The notes beneath the pieces are model-generated. The model saw nothing but the letters and a program-made list of their open reading frames with translations, ran no database searches and had not been told where the DNA came from. A stretch of 64,000 bases of DNA from Nitrososphaerota archaeon. GTDB taxonomy: Archaea; Thermoproteota; Nitrososphaeria; PSMU01. A program made the position numbers and the translations under genes. Location: positions 32,001-96,000 of the forward strand of contig PSMU01000003.1 of assembly GCA_040290255.1 (NCBI GenBank), given 5' to 3'. This document shows, one piece after another, positions 56,040-64,000 of this stretch (the first letter of the stretch is position 1; each line of letters opens with the position of its first letter).

Positions 56040-57665
56040 TTAAACCTTTTGCAGAAGGGCCTGCAGGAGCGCGTCCAGATGTAGCTCCGCGTAGGCCACG
56101 GGCACCGGCAGGCCGAACCTTTCGAGCAGCTGGGGCGCCACCTCGCCCATCAGGCCCACCTGCCCCTCGAGGTAGAGCGAGGCCGCGCGCCCCCTTATGA
56201 GCTCGGAAGCCTCATAGGGCCTCAGGGAGAGCAGGCCCCTGAAGAGTAGCGCGTTTAGGCGCTCGATGACCGAGGCGATGCTCGAGAAGGAGGCCTTGGC
56301 TTCCGCGACCACGAGCCCCAAGTGCAGCTCCTCGCTTTTATGAGGGAAGACGCGGCCTATCTCGAAGAGCCTCTGCGGGTACTCCACATGCCTGTTCCTC
56401 GAGAGCGCCTCCAGCAGAGGAAACAGCAGCGAAGTGCGAAGGTAGGAATGCTCGGCGCTCTTGCTGTGCTCCAGCTCCAGCGCCCCCTCGCCGGCAAGCT
56501 CACGCGAAACGAGCGTGGGCGTGACCACCTCCAGGAACCCAAGGCCGAGCAGCAGCTCCCTGAGCTTCGCCAGGGGCGCCGTCCGGGGCAGGGGCCTCCC
56601 CAGGCCGCGCTGCGAGGGGAGAAGGGGCTTGAGCCTCCCATAATGGTATGCCAGGGCCACCTCCTCCGCCAGGTCGACGGGGTGCAGCACGTCGCACCTG
56701 TAGGCCGGCACCAGGGCCACGATCCCGCCACGCGCGCTGCGCACGCCGAAGCCCTGCCTGAGCAGCAGGCGGCGAATGGCCTCGGGCGTCAGCTTCAGGC
56801 CCAGCAGGCCGTTGATGAGCCTTATATCTACTCTTTCTTCGCGGGGCGAGAGGTCGGGATAGAGCTGCGCGCCTTGTGGGTGCTTCACCAGCACCGTCTC
56901 CAGCCGGCCGCCCATCTCGGCCAGCGTGGTGGCTATGATGTTAAGGCAGCTCTCCACCGGGGCTCTGCTCGTGCCCGTGACGTCCACAAAGATCTCCGTG
57001 GTGCTCTCCGTGAGCTGCGTGACCACGCCGTTGATGATGGGCGGGAAGGAGAGCACCTGGCCTTCCTCATCGCGAAGGATAGGGTAGGGGCCGCCGGGGG
57101 GGACCAGCGCGCCATAGGCCCTGCCCTGCTCGAGCCGGCTCAGCACCTCCTGCAGGCTCATCTGGGCGCTCTGGCCCAGCGGGATAAACCTGAACTCCGG
57201 GCCCTGAGGCTCATAGTGGATGGGAGGGCGGAGGGGGGAGAGGTCGTGAAGGCCTATTGAGGCCAGGCGCCTTCCCCTCCCCAGGCCGCGGTGCAGGTCC
57301 TCCTGTAGGCCTATTAGCTGCCGCAGTGCCTCATCATTCAGGCGCAGGCCCCTCGCGACCGCGCAGGCGATGTGGGGCCTCACCCCCTCAAGGCCCCGAT
57401 GCACAATGACCTCCACGCTGCCCTTCAGCAGGGGATAGTCGTGGGGCCCCTCCTGCAGGCCCAGAAGCCCCCTGAGCGCCCTGGCGATGCCGAAGACCGT
57501 GCCCAGGTCCGGCCTATTGGGGCTATACTCGACCCTGACGCGGTCCTCCTCCTGGCCCTCTATGTCCAGCCCCACGTACGGGAGCTCCTCCAGGAGCCTT
57601 TGCTCCTCCACGTCGCCCCCGACAAGCCTTTTCAGGTGGGAGAGAGAAATTTCGACTACGGGCAA
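56040..57665 (-). CDS. pheT: Phenylalanyl-tRNA synthetase beta subunit (archaeal)
   Basis: PNRPDL, QEDLH, SIGLHD, FPPIING, YRCDVLHPVDLAEEV and LRTSL. Confidence 0.95.
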   Translation of the reverse strand: MPVVEISLSHLKRLVGGDVEEQRLLEELPYVGLDIEGQEEDRVRVEYSPNRPDLGTVFGIARALRGLLGLQEGPHDYPLLKGSVEVIVHRGLEGVRPHIACAVARGLRLNDEALRQLIGLQEDLHRGLGRGRRLASIGLHDLSPLRPPIHYEPQGPEFRFIPLGQSAQMSLQEVLSRLEQGRAYGALVPPGGPYPILRDEEGQVLSFPPIINGVVTQLTESTTEIFVDVTGTSRAPVESCLNIIATTLAEMGGRLETVLVKHPQGAQLYPDLSPREERVDIRLINGLLGLKLTPEAIRRLLLRQGFGVRSARGGIVALVPAYRCDVLHPVDLAEEVALAYHYGRLKPLLPSQRGLGRPLPRTAPLAKLRELLLGLGFLEVVTPTLVSRELAGEGALELEHSKSAEHSYLRTSLLFPLLEALSRNRHVEYPQRLFEIGRVFPHKSEELHLGLVVAEAKASFSSIASVIERLNALLFRGLLSLRPYEASELIRGRAASLYLEGQVGLMGEVAPQLLERFGLPVPVAYAELHLDALLQALLQKV

Positions 57666-59158
57666 GGCCTCTCCCTAAGCCAGCGGAGGTCGGGCTCGTA
57701 AAGCTTCCTTATGTCCTCGATGCCCTGCCTGAGCATGAGCAGCCTATCTAGCCCCAGGCCCCAGGCCAGCACGCGGCTCCTGACGCCCAGCGGAAGGGTG
57801 ACCTCCGGCCTCAGTATGCCCGCGCCGCCCATCTCAAGCCAGAGGGCCCTGCCCTGCTTCTCGAACTTGGCCATGACCTGAAGCGAGGGCTCCGTATAGG
57901 GGAAGTAGCTCGGCCAGAACTTTATCTCCTTCAGCCCCAGGCGGTGATAGAATTCTCCCAAGAGGCCCATGAGGTGCCTGAGGTGAAGGCTCCTGCCCAC
58001 CGCGATGCCCTCGACCTGGTTGAACTCCACATAGCTCTTGAAGGTCACCTTCTCGTTCCTGAAGACTCTGTCCACGATGAAGGCCTGCGCGCTCTCCGGC
58101 CTCCTCTCCCAGAGGAAGCGCACCGTCACCGCCGTGGTATGGGTCCTGAGCAGGGCGCGCCTCGCCTCCTCCTCGCTCCAGGCGCCCCCCCAGCCCCTCG
58201 AGCCCGTGCCCCCGCCATCTATGTGCGTCTGCTTGACCCTCTGGACCAGCGAAGGGTCCTCCGGCTCGATGCTAAGGCCCTTCACGTAAAAGGTGTCCTG
58301 CAGCTCCCTTGCCGGATGGTCCTGGGGCACGAAGAGGGCGTCGAAGTTCCAGAAGGCCGGCTGCAGGTAGGAGCCCTCTATCTCCTCAAAGCCCATGGCG
58401 AGAAAGGCCTCACGCACCTCCTCAATCGCCTCGGTGAGGGGGTGCTTTCTGCCCAGGAGCGCCCGCGGAGGGCTCTCGTGGATGTCGATCGGCCTTATGG
58501 GCCTGCTCCTCCACAGGCCGCTGGCCAGGGCTTCCGGCGTTAGGGCGTCCAGCCATTCCTCGCGCCCGTAAAGCTCGAGCGCCTCCCTGCCCTTCTGCGT
58601 GGCGGCCACGTACCTCTTCTTCCTCCTGAGCCTCCTGAGCATGCCCGGCCTCTTCAGCAGGCGCTCCGCCGCGCCCCTTTCCTGCTCGCTCAGGGCGTCC
58701 AGCGCTATGGTCCCCCCGGCCAGGCGCTTCAGCAGCCCCTCCTCCTCCAGCTCGGGCGCCGGACCCGCGGCGAAGAGCAGGGTTCGCCCCGCTTCCCTGC
58801 GCAGGGCTATGAAGCCCCTCTCCAGGGCCCTTCCCATGGCGGCCTCCATGTCCTGGCCCAGCGCGCGGGCCGCCTGCTCTACGGCAAGGGGGCCCCGCAG
58901 GAGCAGCTCGTAGAGCCTGCGCTCCGGCAGCCCCTTCCTCAGGGCCTTCTCGCCCTCGGGGCCCAGCGAGAGCAGCTGCTCCTCCTGCTCGCTCACCTCC
59001 ACCAGGCCCTTCTCCTTGAGCCACTCGACGCCGCGCCTCACCGCATCCACCGTCAGGCCCGAGGCCTGGGCCAACTGCTCAACGGCCATCGCCGAACCCG
59101 AAGCTACGAGCGCGGCCAGCAGCTTCCTCTCCAGCCTATGAAGGCCCTCGGAAAGCAT
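57656..59158 (-). CDS. pheS: Phenylalanyl-tRNA synthetase alpha subunit (archaeal)
   Basis: FWNFDALFVPQDHPARELQDTF, LRTHTT, VFRNE, YFPYTEPS and GLGLDR. Confidence 0.97.
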   Translation of the reverse strand: MLSEGLHRLERKLLAALVASGSAMAVEQLAQASGLTVDAVRRGVEWLKEKGLVEVSEQEEQLLSLGPEGEKALRKGLPERRLYELLLRGPLAVEQAARALGQDMEAAMGRALERGFIALRREAGRTLLFAAGPAPELEEEGLLKRLAGGTIALDALSEQERGAAERLLKRPGMLRRLRRKKRYVAATQKGREALELYGREEWLDALTPEALASGLWRSRPIRPIDIHESPPRALLGRKHPLTEAIEEVREAFLAMGFEEIEGSYLQPAFWNFDALFVPQDHPARELQDTFYVKGLSIEPEDPSLVQRVKQTHIDGGGTGSRGWGGAWSEEEARRALLRTHTTAVTVRFLWERRPESAQAFIVDRVFRNEKVTFKSYVEFNQVEGIAVGRSLHLRHLMGLLGEFYHRLGLKEIKFWPSYFPYTEPSLQVMAKFEKQGRALWLEMGGAGILRPEVTLPLGVRSRVLAWGLGLDRLLMLRQGIEDIRKLYEPDLRWLRERPCP

Positions 59159-59182
59159 CCGCGCGGCTTGGGCTCAGCTAAT

Positions 59183-59653
59183 TTAAGGCTTCGCCTTCAG
59201 CTCCGCGGGGGGCACGGGCCTCGCCTTTTTCCAGCCTACGTAAGCCGTGATGGCCAGGAGGAGCTGCAGGAGCATTAGCGCATCATAGGAGTAGGCAAAG
59301 GGAGGGCACAGGTACGGGCATGATGAACCGCTGTAGGGCTTGAGGCCGAAGAGGTAGTTGGCGAACTCGCCGGGGCTCCGGCCTATGGCCCCCGCCGTCA
59401 GAGGGTTGGCGAGCATCAGCACGAGCTGCACGAGCCCCCATACGAAGGAGCTCTGCAGGCCCACCTTGGGCATCCCCACGACGAGCACTAAGAGCACCAG
59501 GTCGATCACGCCGAAGCCGATAAGGGCATATGCGTGGCCCGTCTTGGGGTTATCCGCCCAGAGCAACCCATCATAGGCCAGGATGAGGCCGGAGAGCAGC
59601 AGCGAGAGCACGAGCCAGGCGAGCGTGAGCCCCCTGAGGGCTCCTGGGCTCAT
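59183..59653 (-). CDS. Four-TM hypothetical membrane protein with a C-x3-C loop
   Basis: Hydrophobic segments; CPYLCPP in a loop; TATA (CTTAAATA) upstream. Confidence 0.6.
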   Translation of the reverse strand: MSPGALRGLTLAWLVLSLLLSGLILAYDGLLWADNPKTGHAYALIGFGVIDLVLLVLVVGMPKVGLQSSFVWGLVQLVLMLANPLTAGAIGRSPGEFANYLFGLKPYSGSSCPYLCPPFAYSYDALMLLQLLLAITAYVGWKKARPVPPAELKAKP

Positions 59654-59743
59654 ATGCTCCCAGCATGGCCTGGGTATTTAAGGTTAGAGTTCGTATATAA
59701 AATGCCTTGGGGCGCCGAATAACCTCCGCAGGCGCCCGGAAAC

Positions 59744-60148
59744 CTAGGCCCGCTCCAGGAGCTTCTCGAGCTCCGCCCTGAACTGCCGCTCGGGCCTGGC
59801 CCCTATGAGCCTGCCCAGCTCCCTCCCCTTGCTGAAGACGATGAACGTGGGTATGGAATACACATCGTATTTAGATGCCAGGTCGGGGTTCTCGTCCACG
59901 TTCAGGCGCCCGAAGGCCACGCGGCCGTTCATGGTGGACGATAGCCGCTCGAGGATGGGGTGCATGATCCTGCAGGGATAGCACCACTCCGCCCAGAAGT
60001 CCACCACGGCGGGCCTCTCGCCAGAGATGAAGGCCTCGAAGTTGGCGCGGCTGAGCTCGACGATGCCGCCCGAGGGCTTCTTACCCCCCTTCATCAGCTC
60101 CCTCTGCCTTTCCTGCAGCAGCCTCTCCAGCTCAGGATCGCCGCTCAT
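59744..60148 (-). CDS. trxA: Thioredoxin
   Basis: VDFWAEWCYPC, NVDEN and SIPT. Confidence 0.93.
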   Translation of the reverse strand: MSGDPELERLLQERQRELMKGGKKPSGGIVELSRANFEAFISGERPAVVDFWAEWCYPCRIMHPILERLSSTMNGRVAFGRLNVDENPDLASKYDVYSIPTFIVFSKGRELGRLIGARPERQFRAELEKLLERA

Positions 60149-60228
60149 GCGCCTGAGCGAGGCCCAGGTCTTAAAAACCTTCCTGCGGGAATGGCTTATA
60201 AGGCTCCGCGAGATGACCCCCGCGCGAC

Positions 60229-60621
60229 TTGGCGAGCCCGCAGAGGAGGGTGCTGGACCAAAGGACCTATCTACTCAAGCTGCTGGACGCGGTCTTCGGC
60301 ATCGATGCCAGGATCAGGTCCGCCTCGATCTATGAAGACCAGTACTTGATCGGAGGGGGCATGAGGCCGGGCGTGGCCTCCTTTGAGCCGGATGAGGTGG
60401 CCAAGCAGATAGACCTCGAATTCGCGACCATCGCGAAGTTAGCGGCCGGCTGGGAGAGGTGGTTCGGCAGGATGGGAGCGGTGTACGTAACCTATGATAA
60501 GGTGAACCTTTACTTCTTCAGGCTGGGCGGCAAGCGCTTTATGGTCGTGAGCGCCGAGCCCTCGCTGGCCCCCGAGCTCGTCACCAGGGGCGTACAGGAG
60601 GCCCTCAGGGCGCTGGGCTAG
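60229..60621 (+). CDS. Roadblock/profilin-like small protein (thaumarchaeal-type hypothetical); start may be GTG 60250
   Basis: IRSASI....GGMR.G..FG....V.YDKV..FMVVS.E pattern. Confidence 0.6.
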   Translation: MASPQRRVLDQRTYLLKLLDAVFGIDARIRSASIYEDQYLIGGGMRPGVASFEPDEVAKQIDLEFATIAKLAAGWERWFGRMGAVYVTYDKVNLYFFRLGGKRFMVVSAEPSLAPELVTRGVQEALRALG

Positions 60622-61285
60622 GGCTGGGGACGCGCAGGGCGGGGTCCTCAAGGCCTAATTCGCTGAAGGCCCTTCTTCGGGCCTCGCAGCCCCCGCAGGC
60701 GCCACAGGGCTCTTTCCGCCTTTCATGGCAGCTCCAGGTGAGCTCCAGCGGCGCGCCGAGCCTCAGGCCCAGCTTTATCACCTCGGCCTTGCTCAGCAAA
60801 ATCAGGGGCGCGAGCAGGCGCAGCGGCCTGCGGCTAGAGGAGACGAGCCCCTCGTTGATCAGCTCGTTCAGCTTGGCCAAGTAGCCCGGTGAGCTATCGG
60901 GATAGAGCTGCGCATCGCTCGAGATATGCCCTCCCATCAGCTTATCGATGCCCAACTCCTCGGCCCAGGCCGCGGCCAGGCCGTAGTAGATCAGGTTCTT
61001 GGCGGGCAAATAGCTCGGGGAGGCCCCGTGTGCCTCGCTGAGGGGATGAGGGGGGGCGAGCTTCATATCGGCCAGCTCCTTGAGCTGCGGCAGCTCGATG
61101 ATCCTGTGCTCGACCACGCCCGCCGCCCGGGCCAGGGCCTTGGCGCTGCTCAGCTCCCTGTCGTGGTTGAGGGGATAATGGTTCACCGTGAGCGCGTAGA
61201 GCTGCCAGCCCCTTTGCCTTGCCCACCAGAGGCAGACGGCGGAGTCTATGCCGCCCGACAGAAGGACTATGACGCCCTCCGCCAC
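60605..61285 (-). CDS. queC: QueC/ExsB-like PP-loop ATPase (divergent 7-cyano-7-deazaguanine synthase family)
   Basis: SGGIDS PP-loop, YPD and TWSC-x6-CGxCxxC. The substrate-pocket motifs deviate from canonical QueC. Confidence 0.75.
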   Translation of the reverse strand: MAEGVIVLLSGGIDSAVCLWWARQRGWQLYALTVNHYPLNHDRELSSAKALARAAGVVEHRIIELPQLKELADMKLAPPHPLSEAHGASPSYLPAKNLIYYGLAAAWAEELGIDKLMGGHISSDAQLYPDSSPGYLAKLNELINEGLVSSSRRPLRLLAPLILLSKAEVIKLGLRLGAPLELTWSCHERRKEPCGACGGCEARRRAFSELGLEDPALRVPSPSPAP

Positions 61286-61306
61286 GCGGGCAGCGGGGGC
61301 CTCTTA

Positions 61307-62530
61307 TTAAAAGGGCTTCTGAGGGTTCAGCAGGCTGAAGAAGATACGTATGGCCTCCTGGCTGCCCCTATCCTTTCCCGCCAGCTCCAGCACCCTCCCC
61401 TCTATTTCGCCCACGAACTCATCCGTGAACTTGGCCGTTAGGCCTATCACGCTGTCCACGAGGTCCAGCGCCAGGGGCAGGTTGGTGCCCTCGTTGAAGA
61501 AGTGCGGCTGACCCAGCAGCTCCAGCAGGCGCTCGCGGCCCAGCGAACTTGGATACTCGATCTCGCAGGGGGGCAGATAGGGGTATGCCCTCACCTGAAG
61601 CCTCTTAAGGCCCTCAAACTCAGAGGAGTCAAGGTCCAGCGACCTAAAGGGCTCATAGACCGTCTCGCGAGCACGCCTCAGGACCGCTTCCTCGACCTGC
61701 TCGGGGGTGATGCCTATCCCCTTTTCCCCGGCGCCCTCGGGAAGCTGGTTCTGCAAGGAGCCCTGCTGCGCCCACCGGGCCACATGTGTATACACGGGCA
61801 CGGGCACGCCCTCGCGCAGGAGCTTCGAATAATCGAAGAAGGAGCCGGGCGGCATTATGTAGGAGAGGGTCAGCTTATCAATGACAAGGGCCAAGGGGTC
61901 CTTGCTGTTCCTTAGGGCCAGATAGCCGCCTATGGCCCTCGTATGGCTCCTCTTTATGACTCCTATCGCCCTGCCGCTCTTCAGTAGCTTTAACGTGGCA
62001 TCGTAGGCCTCCCGCAGCACCCTATGCTCCTGCTCGTGGAAGAGGCCCTCCTTTATCATGCGGTTGACGGGGTACATGAAGCCTTGAAAGCTGCCGTCCA
62101 AGATGACCAAGTCAGCGCGGCTCAACATCTCGAGGGCCAGCTTCCTCTCCTCCGCGCTCACGAGTAGCTCGAAGAAGTACCTGCTCCTTTCCGCGGAGAG
62201 CGCCTGCCTCCTCTTGAAGACGCCGGCCCTGAACTCATCCTTCCTCTCCAGCCCTCTTAGCAGCGTAGCGCCCACCGTGAAGACGCCGCATCGCAGCCCC
62301 AGCCTCTCGCTGAGCCTCGGCGAGCGGGAGCCATCGACCGCGGCCACCCAGGACAATTCCTGAGTAGAGGGGAGGGGTTCCATGAGGGGCAGCAGCTCCT
62401 TCCTTAGCTCGGCGAGCCGGCGCCTTAGCTCCTCGACTACGGGGGCTATTCTGCGCGATTCGTCCTCGGCCAGCCTGAAGAACTCGTGCTGCAGGTCCTG
62501 CGGAAGCTTCAGCCACTCTATCTCTTCCAT
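61307..62530 (-). CDS. Second NurA-domain nuclease
   Basis: AAVDGS, E-x3-A helix, ILDGS, GVIKRS and LP..L..VD. Confidence 0.82.
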   Translation of the reverse strand: MEEIEWLKLPQDLQHEFFRLAEDESRRIAPVVEELRRRLAELRKELLPLMEPLPSTQELSWVAAVDGSRSPRLSERLGLRCGVFTVGATLLRGLERKDEFRAGVFKRRQALSAERSRYFFELLVSAEERKLALEMLSRADLVILDGSFQGFMYPVNRMIKEGLFHEQEHRVLREAYDATLKLLKSGRAIGVIKRSHTRAIGGYLALRNSKDPLALVIDKLTLSYIMPPGSFFDYSKLLREGVPVPVYTHVARWAQQGSLQNQLPEGAGEKGIGITPEQVEEAVLRRARETVYEPFRSLDLDSSEFEGLKRLQVRAYPYLPPCEIEYPSSLGRERLLELLGQPHFFNEGTNLPLALDLVDSVIGLTAKFTDEFVGEIEGRVLELAGKDRGSQEAIRIFFSLLNPQKPF

Positions 62531-62531
62531 G

Positions 62532-63998
62532 CTAGCTCCCCTCAGGCGGGGTGTAGGTGATGAGCAGCGGAACCGGTGAGGGGTTCATGAGGCCGGAGAA
62601 GTAGAACCTGCCCTGCTCGAGCAGGAGCAGCCTGTCGGGCGTGATCCCGTAGGGCGAAAGCCACTCGGCGGCGCCGCCTTCCCCTCCCGCATCCAGCGGG
62701 TGAATCCTGCCTATGAAGTGTGTGTTGAGGTTCCTCCTCACGGCCGCGTTGATGCCTATCTCACCCTTTATGCCCTGGGCTATGAGCGTGAGGTTCAGCC
62801 CCCTCTTCCTGCCCAGCGCGGCGAGGTTCTTGATGAGCTCCGCGCTCTCCGCCTGTATGCCCTTCGGGTCCCAGGGCGCGTACTGGGGCGCTTCGTCTAT
62901 GATGAGCGCTATGTTCAGCGTCCTGCCCTCCTCCATGAGCCGGTACAGATGCCTGCCCAGGCCCAGGAAGAACCCTATCTTGGCCTCTGCCGTCATGCCC
63001 CCCAGGTCTAGGACGAGCATCTGGAGGCTCTGCAGGAGCTCGTTTGAGAGCTCCTCGACCGCCAGCGTGCCCAGCAGGGGGCGGAGGTCCTCGGGCTTGA
63101 GGCGCCTGAAGACGCGCCTCGCGGCCCTTTGGGCCGAGGCCTTCCAGGTGTCATGGCGCACCTTCTCCAGGCTGGACATCACGTACTCCCTGAGGCGCTC
63201 CCACAGGAGCATCTCCTCCTTTTTCCCGGGGCTGGCCTCGGCCTGCTTCTTAGCAGCGATAACCTCATCGCGCCAGCGCTCTAGGAACTCGTCGATGGCA
63301 TCACGGACATAGTCATTTTTGGAAAAGTCCGACGTCTTTCCCCTCAGGTAGCTGGACATCGACTCCTCATCCAGCGCCACCTCTGAGAGCTTCACCACCT
63401 TGGCGTGGTCGGCGTCCGCGTAAAATGGGGCGTAGTCGGTCCCGCTCCAGTCCAAGACGAGGATGCGGTAGCCGGCCTGCCTTAGCAGCGGGAGGAGGAT
63501 GAAGCGCGTGAACCAGCTCTTCCCCGAGCCCGTCGTGCCGTAAACGCCTATGTGAAACGGTATGTATGCCCTCCTCATGGGCACCCTCCAGGAGGGGTGC
63601 CCCTCCACATATGCCCCGCTCCAGAGCACATCCTCCCCCCTGGCGAGCAGCTCGAGGGGCCTATCCTGGCCCTCCTCCAGCAGGAAGACGGGCGAGCGGG
63701 GCTGAATGATTGCCCTGTTGAACCTGATGCCCTGCTCCGTTACGATGCCTATGGGCCTGATGGTGAAGGAGTAAACTTCGCGGGCCCCGGAGGGTTCACC
63801 GCCATACTTCATGTAGGCCACATCCGGCCTATAAGAGGTGTGGCTCAGGAACTCGTTCTTGCCCAGGCCCTCCCTCAGCACGCCAAGGATCTCGGCCACG
63901 GGGTTCTCCTCACCGCCGTTCTTGATGAGCGCCAGCTCCTCCGCGAGCACCCTCTTCTCCTCGTCCTTTTGTAGGATGACCTTGGCCGAGGCCTCGGT
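62532..63998 (-). CDS. Second HerA/FtsK-family ATPase (5' end lies outside the window)
   Basis: HIGVYGTTGSGKS, LDW.G.DY, IIDEA, GRKRG and IAQ; frame open to the window edge. Confidence 0.85.
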   Translation of the reverse strand, partial: TEASAKVILQKDEEKRVLAEELALIKNGGEENPVAEILGVLREGLGKNEFLSHTSYRPDVAYMKYGGEPSGAREVYSFTIRPIGIVTEQGIRFNRAIIQPRSPVFLLEEGQDRPLELLARGEDVLWSGAYVEGHPSWRVPMRRAYIPFHIGVYGTTGSGKSWFTRFILLPLLRQAGYRILVLDWSGTDYAPFYADADHAKVVKLSEVALDEESMSSYLRGKTSDFSKNDYVRDAIDEFLERWRDEVIAAKKQAEASPGKKEEMLLWERLREYVMSSLEKVRHDTWKASAQRAARRVFRRLKPEDLRPLLGTLAVEELSNELLQSLQMLVLDLGGMTAEAKIGFFLGLGRHLYRLMEEGRTLNIALIIDEAPQYAPWDPKGIQAESAELIKNLAALGRKRGLNLTLIAQGIKGEIGINAAVRRNLNTHFIGRIHPLDAGGEGGAAEWLSPYGITPDRLLLLEQGRFYFSGLMNPSPVPLLITYTPPEGS

Positions 63999-64000
63999 GG

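Overview
High-GC archaeal chromosomal DNA. The evidence is TATA-box promoters, overlapping TGATG/ATGA operons, archaeal-type AroK, the AroA'/AroB' shikimate entry, archaeal PheS/PheT and NurA-HerA-Mre11-Rad50. Gene content suggests a TACK archaeon, possibly a non-ammonia-oxidising Nitrososphaerota-like lineage; this is inference. The window is densely coding (~65 genes). It holds a 10-gene lysC-asd-aro-tyrA superoperon that lacks aroD and shows signs of decay, the DNA double-strand-break resection operon, a second HerA-NurA pair next to a divergent QueC-like gene, transport and metal-homeostasis genes (DtxR with tandem operators, a NicO-like transporter, CDF, CopA with a small YHS chaperone), a Liv ABC system and pheS-pheT-serS. 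Highlights: a 186-aa mini-intein inside the CxxxCxxC motif of a PflX-like radical SAM enzyme; a methanogen-type (Zn-dependent) SerRS; a Grs/Cds-like lipid radical SAM; a chorismate mutase fused to an aminotransferase lacking its catalytic Lys; a ThrH-SerA fusion; an orphan PqqD/RRE protein; and three conserved genes with no canonical in-frame start (CTG, ACG, GTT/ACG). I recognised no tRNA, rRNA, CRISPR array or transposase. All calls come from motif recognition by eye; no database search was run.
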